A program made the translations under genes and the position numbers. DNA of 63,894 bases, filler included, from Candidatus Nezhaarchaeota archaeon WYZ-LMO8 (GTDB taxonomy: Archaea > Thermoproteota > Methanomethylicia > Nezhaarchaeales > WYZ-LMO8), in NCBI GenBank assembly GCA_004347965.1. It is 4 parts of 3 records of this genome, joined end to end, with 100 filler letters (N's around TTAATTAATTAA, not from the genome) between each part and the next. Parts side by side here need not be neighbours in the genome. Positions count along the whole stretch, not along the records: positions 18,995 to 31,256 come from QNVF01000002.1; 3 more parts are not named here. One strand, written 5' to 3'. Positions 20,214 through 30,385 of the stretch are shown here, piece after piece (the stretch's first letter is position 1; each line of letters opens with the position of its first letter). The notes below the pieces were generated by a model. That model had not been told where the DNA came from. It saw only the letters and a list, made by a program, of their open reading frames with translations, and did no database searches.

Positions 20214-20333
20214 ATGCCTAGTAAACGAAGAACAAAGAAATTTAGACTGAATATTGGGCAGTTGATCTCGATAATACTTCTAGCCATGCTAATAATATCA
20301 ACACTAGCTTTCCTGATAATAGTTCTAATGTAA
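20214..20333 (+). CDS. Putative 39-aa single-TM membrane peptide (not in ORF track)
   Basis: MPSKRRTKKFRLNIGQLISIILLAMLIISTLAFLIIVLM*; fills the pelA-rps25e gap. Confidence 0.55.
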   Translation: MPSKRRTKKFRLNIGQLISIILLAMLIISTLAFLIIVLM

Positions 20334-20379
20334 TGCAAAACATTTTAACCGGTCTCACAATGAATGGTTAGGGGAGCTT

Positions 20380-20724
20380 ATGGGTGGCAAGACTAAGAAG
20401 TCAATTTCTGCGATGGAGAAGCAACAGAAACTACGAGAGATGAAGGAGGAGAAGAAGAAGGTCAAGGAGAAAGAAGAGAGGAAGGAGAAGAAAATCTCGA
20501 GCCCACTTGTACCACTAGAAGTTGTTAAACAACTCGAGAACGAGCTGAACAACATGAAATGCATTACTCCTTACATATTAGCCTCCAAGTTCGGTTTAAA
20601 GATAGGCGTGGCTAAGAGCGTACTAAGAGAGTTGGAAAGCAGAGGTATTCTCAATTGCGTAATTAGAGGCTCGAGGATATCCGTGTACACTCCAGTAAAT
20701 TATTCTCCAGGTCTAACTAAATAA
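20380..20724 (+). CDS. rps25e: 30S ribosomal protein S25e
   Basis: MGGKTKKSISAMEK; ITPYILASKFGLKIGVAKSVLRELE. Confidence 0.92.
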   Translation: MGGKTKKSISAMEKQQKLREMKEEKKKVKEKEERKEKKISSPLVPLEVVKQLENELNNMKCITPYILASKFGLKIGVAKSVLRELESRGILNCVIRGSRISVYTPVNYSPGLTK

Positions 20725-21256
20725 GTCCTGCAAGCGATGTTTTCTTCTTCACCTTAGGTAATTCAAACTTCAAGTTTACAACTCCTGTTGGCGTCAACTC
20801 TACGATCCCCAAGTCTAAGAGCCTTAGTAGAACCTTGTCGGGATCTTGTAATCCAAGCTTCTTTAAGTCGAGTCTAAACCTTATCTCTCCAACACTCCAA
20901 TACTCAGATAGATAAGATAAGGTTCTCTTCAAGTCTTCGTCCAGCTTCTCAACATCTATATCGAGCCTAGGTCTCTCTTCACCCTCTTCGATTGTCTCCT
21001 CTTCTCGTACAACTTCCGGTAAGGTTACTACTTTAGGTACTCGCCATGACATCAGTTCAGGATCTTCCTCGTAGCCCTCTGAGACTACTAGCTCTCCTCG
21101 ATCTATAAGGTCCTTGACTATAGCATAAAGGACAAAGAGCGATCCTATCTCCGTGTTTTCTGCCCATTTAGCAAGGTTTCTAAAAGCTATTTTACCTCCT
21201 TCTTCCTTGATCTTTGCCTTAACAATTTCAGCTAAAGTTGAGAACTTATCACTCAA
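20717..21256 (-). CDS. Hypothetical protein, possibly two winged-helix modules with acidic linker
   Basis: 179-aa ORF co-oriented behind the purP pair. Confidence 0.6.
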   Translation of the reverse strand: MSDKFSTLAEIVKAKIKEEGGKIAFRNLAKWAENTEIGSLFVLYAIVKDLIDRGELVVSEGYEEDPELMSWRVPKVVTLPEVVREEETIEEGEERPRLDIDVEKLDEDLKRTLSYLSEYWSVGEIRFRLDLKKLGLQDPDKVLLRLLDLGIVELTPTGVVNLKFELPKVKKKTSLAGLI

Positions 21257-21270
21257 TAGCTATCGCCCTT

Positions 21271-22299
21271 CTAGGTTATGAGTAAGTCAAGCTTCCCTTC
21301 TTCACAAGCCCTTTTAATCTCCCTAGCGATCCTTTTACCCATGCTCATAGGTTCATCGTATATAAGCCATGTGTAAGGTGAACCGTATATGTATATGTTC
21401 GTTCCAGCCACAATTCTTGCCGAGAACTCGAAGACGTAGAATTTTCCTTCACCATCGTACGCACCTTCAATGCAGAAGGGTCCTATAAAGCCTGGAGGAA
21501 TTAATTTCTTAGATGCCTCAACAAGCCCCTCACCTATCCTAAACACTTCTTCTAGTAATGACTCTCTAAGAACTATCGGTATGTTGCCTACAACTAGAAA
21601 GGATAGATCCGGACTCGTCTCCACCTGAATATGTGCTGGCAACCTTCCAAGCCCATCAGCATTAGTTTCATATCTTCTATCCATACTTATGAGCTCAAGC
21701 TCACTAGTTAAGGGCGAGTAGAAGAAGTGAATGTAGGATGTTACGCCGAGAATGTACTCTTGCACGAAGACATGGTCCTCGCTTATCTTCAGCTCCTCAA
21801 GTTTCTTCCTAACATCGCTGGGCTTAGAGGCTAGAAAGTAACCTCTACCCCCCTTAGCTCCTGGCAGCTTAACTATCACTACTCCGTCTACCTCATCAAT
21901 GTTTGTGTAAACTCTCGGTGTTCTAGCGCCAGCTTCACGTAGAAGTCTTTCCTTAAGATTCCTGTCAGCTTCCCATCTTAAGATGTATTTGTTGCCAAAA
22001 ATTGGAACCTTAAACCTCTTCTCTATGGTCTCGAGATCCGTGTACTCTATTAGTGACCCGTGAGGTATTAGGATGGCATTTAAGCTCAACAACTTATCTT
22101 GAACTTCCGATGAAGCTGTCTCAGCGAAGCTGTCGACAACTACGATTTCGTCAATCAACTTTTTAAACCTACCATATAAGCTCAGCCTGCTCTTAAGGCA
22201 TACGAGGACAGTTTTAAAGCCTTCATCCTTAGCTCCCTTAAGTATTTGCAGAGCCGTGTGGGATCCTAGAGTTGCTATTGAGATCTTCGAGGGACTCAA
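21271..22299 (-). CDS. purP: PurP-family formate ligase (ATP-grasp)
   Basis: IATLGSHTALQILKGAKDEG, IPHGS, GAKGGRGYF, FEFSARIVAGTN. Confidence 0.92.
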   Translation of the reverse strand: MSPSKISIATLGSHTALQILKGAKDEGFKTVLVCLKSRLSLYGRFKKLIDEIVVVDSFAETASSEVQDKLLSLNAILIPHGSLIEYTDLETIEKRFKVPIFGNKYILRWEADRNLKERLLREAGARTPRVYTNIDEVDGVVIVKLPGAKGGRGYFLASKPSDVRKKLEELKISEDHVFVQEYILGVTSYIHFFYSPLTSELELISMDRRYETNADGLGRLPAHIQVETSPDLSFLVVGNIPIVLRESLLEEVFRIGEGLVEASKKLIPPGFIGPFCIEGAYDGEGKFYVFEFSARIVAGTNIYIYGSPYTWLIYDEPMSMGKRIAREIKRACEEGKLDLLIT

Positions 22300-22317
22300 A
22301 AGCTGTCACCTCTAAGC

Positions 22318-23421
22318 TTAAGTAACCACGTCTATCAGCCTCTTCAAGTTCACGGCCTTCTTTAACTCCATAGCTATCCTTCGACCTGTACCAACAACAA
22401 AACCGTGCTTGAACTTGCTATAAGGAGACGTAGTTATGAGTACTGGGCTTCCTGGGACCCTTGGTGACACGTCGAAGATTACTATGTCTAAGTCTACAGT
22501 GACAGCTCCTTGGAGAGCAAAGGGACCTATTATGCCGGGCGGATACTCCTTTTTAGTTACTTCAACGAATCTTAAGCCTATGTCGAAAACCTTCTCTAGA
22601 AGAGATTCTCTTATCGTCGCTGGCATGTGTCCAACCTCAATGTTTTGTAGGGGGACGTCTACGTCTAACTGTTGTCGAGCAGGTAAGTTAACAAAGTCGT
22701 AGATGTTGGTCTGGAGTCTTCTATCGATTCCTAGGAACTCAAGCTCGTCATCTAATGGAGAGTAGAAGTAGTTGAAGTTGAAGTACGTCCCAATCACGAA
22801 TTCCTCTATAACTGCACTCTTCAAATCCTCTTCCGTTATAATGCCCTTCTCAATCCTTTCCCTAGCCTTACGCCAATAATCCTCAGGGTCGGAGGCCGTG
22901 AAGAAAGCCCTTTCAATCTTCCTCTTAGCTTCAGGAACCTTAACTATAACGAGCCTATCGATCTCGTCAGGAGACTTGAACTTCTTCGGCTGCCTTATGC
23001 CAGCCTTTTCAAGGAGGTAGTACTGATTTCGTGGAGCCCATCTCTCCTCAGTTCTAAGCATGGCTCTATTACCGAAAATGGGCACTAAGAACCTCTCTTC
23101 TATATCATCGTAAGGAACATAGGTCGTGAAGGCTCTATGAGGAACAAACACCGTATTCAGCTCCCTCAAAGTTCTCTGAACTTCCTCGTTAACTATTTGA
23201 GAAAACTTATCCAATACTATTATCTCATCGCATAACCTTTTGTACATTAGATACGGCTTTTCCCTGCCCCTTTGGCAGACGACAATAGTTTTAAAGTCTT
23301 CATCCTTAGCTCCATCCATAACGTCAAGAGCTGAATGACTACCTAGAACCCCTATATGAATGTCGTCAAGATTGTACTTCTCAAGGACTTTAGATATTTC
23401 ATTCCTGGTTATCACTCTCAA
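22318..23421 (-). CDS. PurP-family paralog (ATP-grasp)
   Basis: LGSHSALDVMDGAKDE, ERAFF, IGPFALQ, FDVSPRVPGSP. Confidence 0.9.
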   Translation of the reverse strand: MRVITRNEISKVLEKYNLDDIHIGVLGSHSALDVMDGAKDEDFKTIVVCQRGREKPYLMYKRLCDEIIVLDKFSQIVNEEVQRTLRELNTVFVPHRAFTTYVPYDDIEERFLVPIFGNRAMLRTEERWAPRNQYYLLEKAGIRQPKKFKSPDEIDRLVIVKVPEAKRKIERAFFTASDPEDYWRKARERIEKGIITEEDLKSAVIEEFVIGTYFNFNYFYSPLDDELEFLGIDRRLQTNIYDFVNLPARQQLDVDVPLQNIEVGHMPATIRESLLEKVFDIGLRFVEVTKKEYPPGIIGPFALQGAVTVDLDIVIFDVSPRVPGSPVLITTSPYSKFKHGFVVGTGRRIAMELKKAVNLKRLIDVVT

Positions 23422-23544
23422 GTCACCGAAGTAACATAGGGTTCCTTGTTGATAAAGTTTAGCGCTAAACGCTTCTTGTAGAGTTGCTCAGTTACGAGGA
23501 AAAACAGTTTTAGTTAAAGCTGCATAATTATGCCGTGATCTAGT

Positions 23545-24177
23545 ATGAGCATTACATTAGAGGTTATGCATCAGTACCTCACAGCTTTCATAATGTTGTT
23601 CGTTGTTTTCGATGCTTTGGGTAACGTCCCCATATTCTATTCATTAACTGAAGGACTAGACATCAAAGAGAGGAGAAAGACAATTCAAAACTCAGTCATA
23701 ATAGCAGGAGTCATACTACTCTTCTTCGCGCTAGGTGGAGGAGTGCTTCTCGACTTTTTCCATGTGGGTATTGATGACTTCAGGGTTGCTGGAGGAGCAA
23801 TACTATTCATTATAGCTGTGGAGGGATTGCTGGGTAGAGTTGAGGCTATGAAGATAAAGCCTGAGCACTTAGCAGTAGTTCCACTAGCAACTCCACTTCT
23901 CGCTGGTCCTGGAAGCATATCGCTAGTAATATACCTCGCGAATGTGGGTTATGGTTTGGGACCTACGATAGTCTCCATAATAGCTAACGCGATCATAGCT
24001 TGGATCGTACTAACGTACTGTGATGTGGTCTCAAGGATCCTTGGCAAGAATGGATCTCTTGTACTCTCTAGAATCATGGCTTTAATGCTAGCAGCCATAG
24101 CAGTAGCGATGATGAGAGAGGGGGTTATGAATATCTTAGCCTTAAAGCAAGTTCAACCTATTTTAACAAGTTCATAG
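23545..24177 (+). CDS. MarC family membrane protein
   Basis: DALGNVPIF, FRVAGG, VPLATPLLAGPG, RIMALML. Confidence 0.93.
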   Translation: MSITLEVMHQYLTAFIMLFVVFDALGNVPIFYSLTEGLDIKERRKTIQNSVIIAGVILLFFALGGGVLLDFFHVGIDDFRVAGGAILFIIAVEGLLGRVEAMKIKPEHLAVVPLATPLLAGPGSISLVIYLANVGYGLGPTIVSIIANAIIAWIVLTYCDVVSRILGKNGSLVLSRIMALMLAAIAVAMMREGVMNILALKQVQPILTSS

Positions 24178-25220
24178 GTTCGTGAACCTAAACCCAACTT
24201 CTCTGCAGCTTCAAGAATTCTCTCTCCACTAACACCATTAACCTCTAGGAACGGATCTCGACCTCCAGCCGTCTCCACGACAAGATCTAGAGATGCTTGA
24301 TCCATGGCTACAGGGTCTAAGCTAGATAGGAGCCCTACATCGTTAACTATGGGCTTCATTACGCAACCGAGACAATCACACCTTGCTGTCACGTTAATTA
24401 CGACGTTAAGGTAGAGGGGTCTAGACTTCAATGCCTTAATGACTGCGAGAGCTGCATCGGCAAGTCTTACTTGAAGCTTCTCAATTCCTTGCCTCGGAAC
24501 GTCCAATGCTCTATTTGGACATGTGAAGTAGCATTCTAAACATCCAACACAGTTATCGTAGTTTACCTTAGCCACTTTTTCTTCCACTCTTATTGCGCCA
24601 TACGAGCAAACCCTACTACATGAACCACATCCCACGCACTTTTCTATCAACACTATAGGCATGTGGGCTCTATGCTGCGAAGCCTTACCTCTCTTGGTTG
24701 TGCAGCCCATCGCCAAGTTCTTAAGAGCTCCGCCAAAGCCCGCGGTTACATGACCCTTAAAGTGCGAGAGTACTATCATCGAGTCAAGGTCCCTCACTAT
24801 ATCAGCTACTTCAACCTCACTTAGCTCGAACCCTTGTATCTTAACGGTAAACCCGCTCATACCCCTAATACCGTCACCTATAACCACTGGAGCTCCAAGA
24901 GATGCATAAGTGAACCCCTTCTTAGCTGCCAAGTTTAAGTAACTAACGGCGTTACTTCTTGGACCTGAATATAGGCTTGTAGTGTCAAAGACTATGGGCT
25001 CACAGCCTAACCTCTTCACGACATCCACGACACTTCTAACGAACTCAGGCCTAAGATGGGTGATGTTTCCCTCCTCACCCATATGAACCTTTATCCCGAC
25101 AATGCCTCTTAGAGGTTCCTCCTCCACAACTCTTCTCAATAGCTTCTCTATAGCTCTCTCAACACGAGGCATTTCTTTGTCTCTAAAGTCGTAGAAGTAA
25201 ACCTTAACCTTGCCAACCAC
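24153..25220 (-). CDS. DUF362 protein with 2x[4Fe-4S] domain
   Basis: IKVHMGE, SHFKGH..AGFGGALKNLAMGC, CxxCxxCxxxC twice, RCDC. Confidence 0.9.
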   Translation of the reverse strand: MVGKVKVYFYDFRDKEMPRVERAIEKLLRRVVEEEPLRGIVGIKVHMGEEGNITHLRPEFVRSVVDVVKRLGCEPIVFDTTSLYSGPRSNAVSYLNLAAKKGFTYASLGAPVVIGDGIRGMSGFTVKIQGFELSEVEVADIVRDLDSMIVLSHFKGHVTAGFGGALKNLAMGCTTKRGKASQHRAHMPIVLIEKCVGCGSCSRVCSYGAIRVEEKVAKVNYDNCVGCLECYFTCPNRALDVPRQGIEKLQVRLADAALAVIKALKSRPLYLNVVINVTARCDCLGCVMKPIVNDVGLLSSLDPVAMDQASLDLVVETAGGRDPFLEVNGVSGERILEAAEKLGLGSRTYELVKIG

Positions 25221-25374
25221 GACCTCAACCCCAGACTATAGTTAAGACCTCGTCACCCCAATAAGGCTTTAGGATAGAGGACGCCACTCTGGCGCCTCAT
25301 TTAAGGACTTGGTCCATAAGCTTGCGCCTCTAAACTTAAATGGCTGACCAAAACCCAACAAATAGAGACTCGAG

Positions 25375-25560
25375 ATGAGCTACATAGAAAGAAAGAAAAG
25401 GGAAGTAAGGTCGATAAGGGCTCAGATCAAGAAGACCATAAAGGATCTTAAGAAGGCTCTCGCAGAAGGAACTGATACGAAGGAGATGGAGGAGGAGCTT
25501 CTTAGACTTGCAAAATCTAAGCGTGAATTATCGCAGAGAGTTAGGTTTCGATCATCCTAA
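25375..25560 (+). CDS. Small basic helical hypothetical protein
   Basis: 61-aa charged amphipathic ORF upstream of the PHP gene. Confidence 0.55.
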   Translation: MSYIERKKREVRSIRAQIKKTIKDLKKALAEGTDTKEMEEELLRLAKSKRELSQRVRFRSS

Positions 25561-25593
25561 ACGACGGTTTAACAGTAGAAGCTGGCGACGACC

Positions 25594-26238
25594 ATGATAA
25601 TAGCTGATCTCCATGTACATAGCTACAACTCTAAAGACTCACTATTAAAGCCTCGCGACATTATCACTACGGCTGTAAAGAGAGGTGTTAACTGTGTAGC
25701 CGTCACAGACCATAACACTGTTAAGGGCGGGCTTGAGTTAGTAAAGGAGGCAAGGGGGCTCAAGGACTTTATAGCGATACCAGGTGTAGAGGTGAAGACG
25801 GATGTCGGTGATGTAATTCTCCTCTTCGTTGACGAGGAAGTAAGGATCGAAAGATTTGATGAACTTCTCGACCATGCTAAGAGCATAAGCGCCGTAACTA
25901 TACTCGCACACCCTTATAGGAAGCACGTAATGGTTGAGGAATCAGCGAGAAAGGTTCAAGTAATTGAGGTCTTAAACTCTCGGTCATTCAAATCTGCAAA
26001 CTTAAAAGCACTATCACTAGCTTCTAAGTTAAATAAGCCAATTATGGCAGGAAGCGACGCACACACAATGTTTGAGATAGGTAAAGCTGTGACGATCATG
26101 GAGGGGTCAAGTGAGGATGACGTTAGAAGAAGATTGTTGAAAGGGGAGGTAAGGATCTTCGGCTCAGAGTCTAGCCCTTTAGTCCACTTATTTAGCTTTG
26201 CAAGCAAGATAATTAATGAAGTGGCTAGGACCTTTTAA
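25594..26238 (+). CDS. PHP-domain phosphoesterase
   Basis: DLHVHS, VTDHN, GVEV, AHPYR, GSDAH. Confidence 0.92.
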   Translation: MIIADLHVHSYNSKDSLLKPRDIITTAVKRGVNCVAVTDHNTVKGGLELVKEARGLKDFIAIPGVEVKTDVGDVILLFVDEEVRIERFDELLDHAKSISAVTILAHPYRKHVMVEESARKVQVIEVLNSRSFKSANLKALSLASKLNKPIMAGSDAHTMFEIGKAVTIMEGSSEDDVRRRLLKGEVRIFGSESSPLVHLFSFASKIINEVARTF

Positions 26239-26251
26239 AGCTAAAAGTCCT

Positions 26252-26926
26252 CTAAGGAACTTCAACCTCCTCTCCAGGTTTAAGAACCAATACTTTAACG
26301 TTTGGAGCAAGCACTTTAGCTCTCTCTACGAAATCATCAGCCGTCTTTACTAGTACAGGAAACGTCGCGTAATGCATTGGTATGGCGATTTTCGGAGTCA
26401 AGACTTTAAGTGCAAGTGCAGCTTCTCTAGGTCCCATGGTGTAATGACCTCCTATCGGTACTAAGACTACTTCGGGGTTAAAAACTTCTTTAATGGCTTG
26501 AAACTCAGCTGTATAGCTAGTATCGCCCATGTGGTAGATCCTCAAGCCATCAATATCCAATACCACGCCAACTGGTCCTCCAGCACTACATGTGTGGAGG
26601 GCTGGGACAAGAGCCACCTTAAACACACCATTAACATCAACGAAGGCGCCCATGTTTAAGCCAAGCCCTTGCACTCCTCCTCTTTCAAGTGACATAACAA
26701 GCTCTGGAACCCCTATAACTGTGGAATTAAACCTCTTGGCTATTCTCTCAGCATCACCCAGATGGTCGAAGTGATCATGCGTCACGATTATGTAATCAAC
26801 TTGCTCTAACTCCTCAACGCTTACGGGACTTAGAGGATTAGAGATCCAAGGGTCTATGAGAATCTTCTTGTCTCTAAAAGTCAACATAAATGCTGCGTGT
26901 CCAAACCACTTAATCCTAACTTTCAC
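26252..26926 (-). CDS. UPF0173-like metal-dependent hydrolase (MBL fold)
   Basis: KWFGHAAF, DPW, THDHFDHLGD, HMGDT, PIGGHYTMG, PMHY; own AGGTGG RBS before GTG 26926. Confidence 0.88.
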   Translation of the reverse strand: MKVRIKWFGHAAFMLTFRDKKILIDPWISNPLSPVSVEELEQVDYIIVTHDHFDHLGDAERIAKRFNSTVIGVPELVMSLERGGVQGLGLNMGAFVDVNGVFKVALVPALHTCSAGGPVGVVLDIDGLRIYHMGDTSYTAEFQAIKEVFNPEVVLVPIGGHYTMGPREAALALKVLTPKIAIPMHYATFPVLVKTADDFVERAKVLAPNVKVLVLKPGEEVEVP

Positions 26927-27619
26927 AATACCACCTGGTTGACTATTTCTAAAATGAGGGCTGATAAGCTTAACCCTCTCTTTGATAAAGCTCACACTCA
27001 CTAAAGTATTCCCTAAGAAATTCGCTAAAATTATTGAGAGCATCAACCCTTCAAATATAGTTAGTAATGTTTGGAGGCCCAACAAGCTCGGTAAGGAACT
27101 TTGAGTGATTGAATATGTGAATATCGAGGTAACGAGGAGAACCATTATCATCAGAAGCACGAAGAAAATAGCAGCATACTTTAATAGAATCACATTACAC
27201 CGCGTGCTGAGATCTATTAGCGATAATGCTAAGAGACCATAAGCTACGATGGCTACTACAAGGATTGTCAAGCTCAAAGGTAAGAGCGCGGTGCTTAAGC
27301 GGCTAAGAAAGTTGAAGCTGTCCGCCTCAGTACCTGCAAACCAGATGAACGTAGTGGCTGAACCGAACAATAAGCCTAAAGCCATGAGTGTTGATCCAGT
27401 TAAGTTTCTGAACTTTGTTTTGGAGGAGAGCCAACCTAAGCCTACGATAAGTAGCCCGATACACATGATGATTGGATGTGGAGCAGCACTAAGCATATGC
27501 CCTAGGAATATCATGCGCCTTGAGTTACCACTAAAAAACTCATTTAACTTGTCTCCATAACTCATGAAAATCAACTCTACTCGTGTGTTGAAATCTATCA
27601 AAATAGCACTTAAGTACAT
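26927..27619 (-). CDS. Multi-TM membrane protein in frame with the downstream hydrolase (no intervening stop)
   Basis: About five hydrophobic segments; start uncertain. Confidence 0.55.
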
Positions 27620-27680
27620 TGCTAATAAAGAGCTGAGCTAAATTGAGATGTAAAAGAGATGGAAGTAAAGAGTGGCATCT

Positions 27681-28895
27681 TTACTGCTTTACGGTCCAAT
27701 TTATGAAGGCTTTCGAGGCACTTATTGGAATCCAATAACCAACAGTTTCAAACTTATGGGTCTCATTAATCTTTACGATCTTTAAAATCTCATAGTCTTG
27801 CAGAACGTTTCCGTTGGAATCTAGTACCTTCCTACCAGTAGCTCCACTAAATAAGCTAATCGTTGTGTCAATGGCCTTCCTTATGGTTTGACCGTCATAA
27901 TAGCCGGCCCACACTATACTCAGAGCTATTAGCTTAAGTGAATCAAAGCCATAGGCTGCCATCTCACTAGGTAACCTGTAGTACGTTTTGATGTAGAGTT
28001 CCATGAACTCTAATAACTGCGGGCTTTCTACGAGTGCACGCTTTACTACAACATAAGACCCCTCAAGATAGGAAGCCAATTCATCTAGTAACTTCTCATC
28101 AGCTAAGGTGCTTGATAGAATCCACGTAACATTAAGTTGCATATTTCTTGCACTAGCTAGAATCATACGAGTATCATCGACATATCCTATGAGGAACACG
28201 ACTGCAGGAGGATTCTCTAAACCTTTGATTTTCTCTAAGTCAGCAGACACGTTGGTGGTTTCAGTGTATAGTGACTCGTAGACCACCACTCCTCCTTGCG
28301 TAGAGTACCTCTTATTGATTGTATCAGCAAGCCTTGCACCATAAGAGTCGTTGACTGCTATTATTGCTGCTCTTGTACCCACCTTTAAGGCTAAATCCAC
28401 CATAGCTAAAGCTTCTACGTCAGGTCCTCCAAACACCTTAATAACCATGGGGTCGTACACGTCATGCACATCCTTCGAGATCAGCACTAGCACAGCATTG
28501 TTCTCACGTATTATTGGGAGAACGACCTCAACTTCAGGGCCTGAAAGAGCCCCTATGAAAACTCTAACTCCCTCATTAATTAATGAGGTGATCATGCTCT
28601 TCGCAGTCCCTGGATCTCCTCCCGTAAACCTGACAAGAGCGGTTAAGTTTCTAGAAGCTATGCCACCACTATCGTTTATCACTTTAGCAGCTAACAGGAC
28701 ACCATCAAGTAGATCACCGGCATAAGTGACATTCGAGACTATTACGCCCACCTCTATAATTGACGGCAAAGTTTTAGTTTCCTGGAGGCTAGTGTAAAGA
28801 CCTGAGTAGTACCCACCATAAGCTGCCAGTATTGCTATTATTATGATTACTGCAATCCAAATTCCATATCCAGCACCTTTCAATGACTTTTCCAA
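27681..28895 (-). CDS. ABC substrate-binding protein, LivJ/K-type (periplasmic binding protein type I)
   Basis: N-terminal TM; LAAKVINDSGGI, NDSYG, AAYGFD, GATG. Confidence 0.85.
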   Translation of the reverse strand: MEKSLKGAGYGIWIAVIIIIAILAAYGGYYSGLYTSLQETKTLPSIIEVGVIVSNVTYAGDLLDGVLLAAKVINDSGGIASRNLTALVRFTGGDPGTAKSMITSLINEGVRVFIGALSGPEVEVVLPIIRENNAVLVLISKDVHDVYDPMVIKVFGGPDVEALAMVDLALKVGTRAAIIAVNDSYGARLADTINKRYSTQGGVVVYESLYTETTNVSADLEKIKGLENPPAVVFLIGYVDDTRMILASARNMQLNVTWILSSTLADEKLLDELASYLEGSYVVVKRALVESPQLLEFMELYIKTYYRLPSEMAAYGFDSLKLIALSIVWAGYYDGQTIRKAIDTTISLFSGATGRKVLDSNGNVLQDYEILKIVKINETHKFETVGYWIPISASKAFINWTVKQ

Positions 28896-29017
28896 CTATT
28901 AAACCCCCTAGACTTAAATGGTGCTCTTCATGGGGACTTCTTAACTCTTATCTCCACCTTGAGAGCTATTTAAAGGTTATATTATGCATCAAGCAGTTTA
29001 AGTATTGGTGCTTCAGC

Positions 29018-30295
29018 TTGAAGAGGTTGCTCTACATAGTCCTCGACGGTGTTGGCGATAGACCTAATCCACAACTTGGTGACAAGACTCCTCTACAATA
29101 TGCCTACAAGCCAAACATTGATTACTTAGCTAAAGAAGGGGCTACAGGGCTTGTCTACACAGTCGACAAAGGCATCGCTCCTGAATCTGATGTCGCAGTT
29201 CTAAGTATTTTGGGATACGATCCTTTTAAGCATCATACTGGAAGAGGAGCTCTTGAAGCTCTGGGAGCTGGATTAGACTTTGAGGATGGATGGCTTGCAT
29301 TGAGGTGCAACTTCGCCACGGTGAATGAAGTCCTCACAATAGTGGATAGGAGGTGTGGCAGGACTTTAACCACATCGGAGGCATACGAGCTTGCTAAAGC
29401 AATAAATGAATGGGTTAGGCTAAGTGGTGCAACCTTCACTTTTAAGAGCACTGTCGGTCATCGTGGGGTTTTAGTGATCAAGAGACTTGACGGCCCTCTC
29501 TCGAGCAACATAACGAATACTGATCCAGCATACGATAAGGTTGGAGGTCTTGGTATCGCTAAAGTAGTAAGTGAGAACAAAATGCGTGATTGCGAACCTT
29601 TAGATCAAAGCCTTGAAGCCATCATGGCTGCTAAGCTGGTCAATGAGTTTACAAGGAAGGCTATGGACGTCCTAGCTAAGCACCCCGTAAACGATGAGAG
29701 GAGACATCGAGGTCTCTTACCAGCTAACGTAGTTCTATGTAGAGATGCAAGCCACAAGAAGCCGAGATTGAAGTCGGTAAGCGAGCTCTACGGGTTAAAA
29801 ATGGCTTGCCTAGCAGAGATGCCGGTCGAGAGAGGGATATCAATAGCAGCTGGCATGGAAATCATCCCTACATCACCAATGACTGGAAACGTTGAAGCGG
29901 ACTACAAGTTAAGAGCTGAGCAAACACTTGAAGCTCTTTCTAAGTATGATGGGATCTATGTGCATTTGAAGGGACCCGACGAAGCTGGTCATGACGGGGA
30001 TTCCATTCGTAAGGTCAAGTTAATTGAGGATATAGATGAGCACTTCTTCAGCATAGTCGTCGATAACTTAGATTTCGACGAAGTAGTTGTAGTTGTAACC
30101 TCAGACCATGCAACACCCTGTACGCTGAGATCTCACTCAGATGATCCAGTACCGATAATCATAGCTGGAGGAGGTATGAAGCCGGATGAAGTTGTTAGTT
30201 TTGATGAAGAAGAATGTGGGAGGGGGTCGTTGGGAGTTATGAGGGGGGTCGAGATCATGCCTAAGGTTGTGGAGCTACTAAAAGTTGAAGCGTAA
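29018..30295 (+). CDS. apgM: 2,3-BPG-independent phosphoglycerate mutase
   Basis: LDGVGDRP..GDKTPL, PESD, HLKGPDEAGHDG, TSDHATP..HS.DPVP; TTG start inferred. Confidence 0.92.
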   Translation: MKRLLYIVLDGVGDRPNPQLGDKTPLQYAYKPNIDYLAKEGATGLVYTVDKGIAPESDVAVLSILGYDPFKHHTGRGALEALGAGLDFEDGWLALRCNFATVNEVLTIVDRRCGRTLTTSEAYELAKAINEWVRLSGATFTFKSTVGHRGVLVIKRLDGPLSSNITNTDPAYDKVGGLGIAKVVSENKMRDCEPLDQSLEAIMAAKLVNEFTRKAMDVLAKHPVNDERRHRGLLPANVVLCRDASHKKPRLKSVSELYGLKMACLAEMPVERGISIAAGMEIIPTSPMTGNVEADYKLRAEQTLEALSKYDGIYVHLKGPDEAGHDGDSIRKVKLIEDIDEHFFSIVVDNLDFDEVVVVVTSDHATPCTLRSHSDDPVPIIIAGGGMKPDEVVSFDEEECGRGSLGVMRGVEIMPKVVELLKVEA

Positions 30296-30385
30296 ACAAA
30301 CGTTTAGGGTGCTTCACCAACTTGAATTCGTGTAGAAAAGCTATTTTGATGCTTGTTTTCTTTTTCATAAAAAGTGATAGATCTT

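Noticed and set aside
21271..23421. Tandem purP paralogs
   Set aside because: Well-known arrangement in archaea
28860..28895. Class III-like signal (KG|AG) on the binding protein
   Set aside because: Poor match at +2; an ordinary N-terminal anchor is equally likely
28883..29017. Long N-terminal extensions in the ORF track (apgM; also SPOUT, thermosome, rps19, rpl23)
   Set aside because: Homology and RBS position indicate later starts
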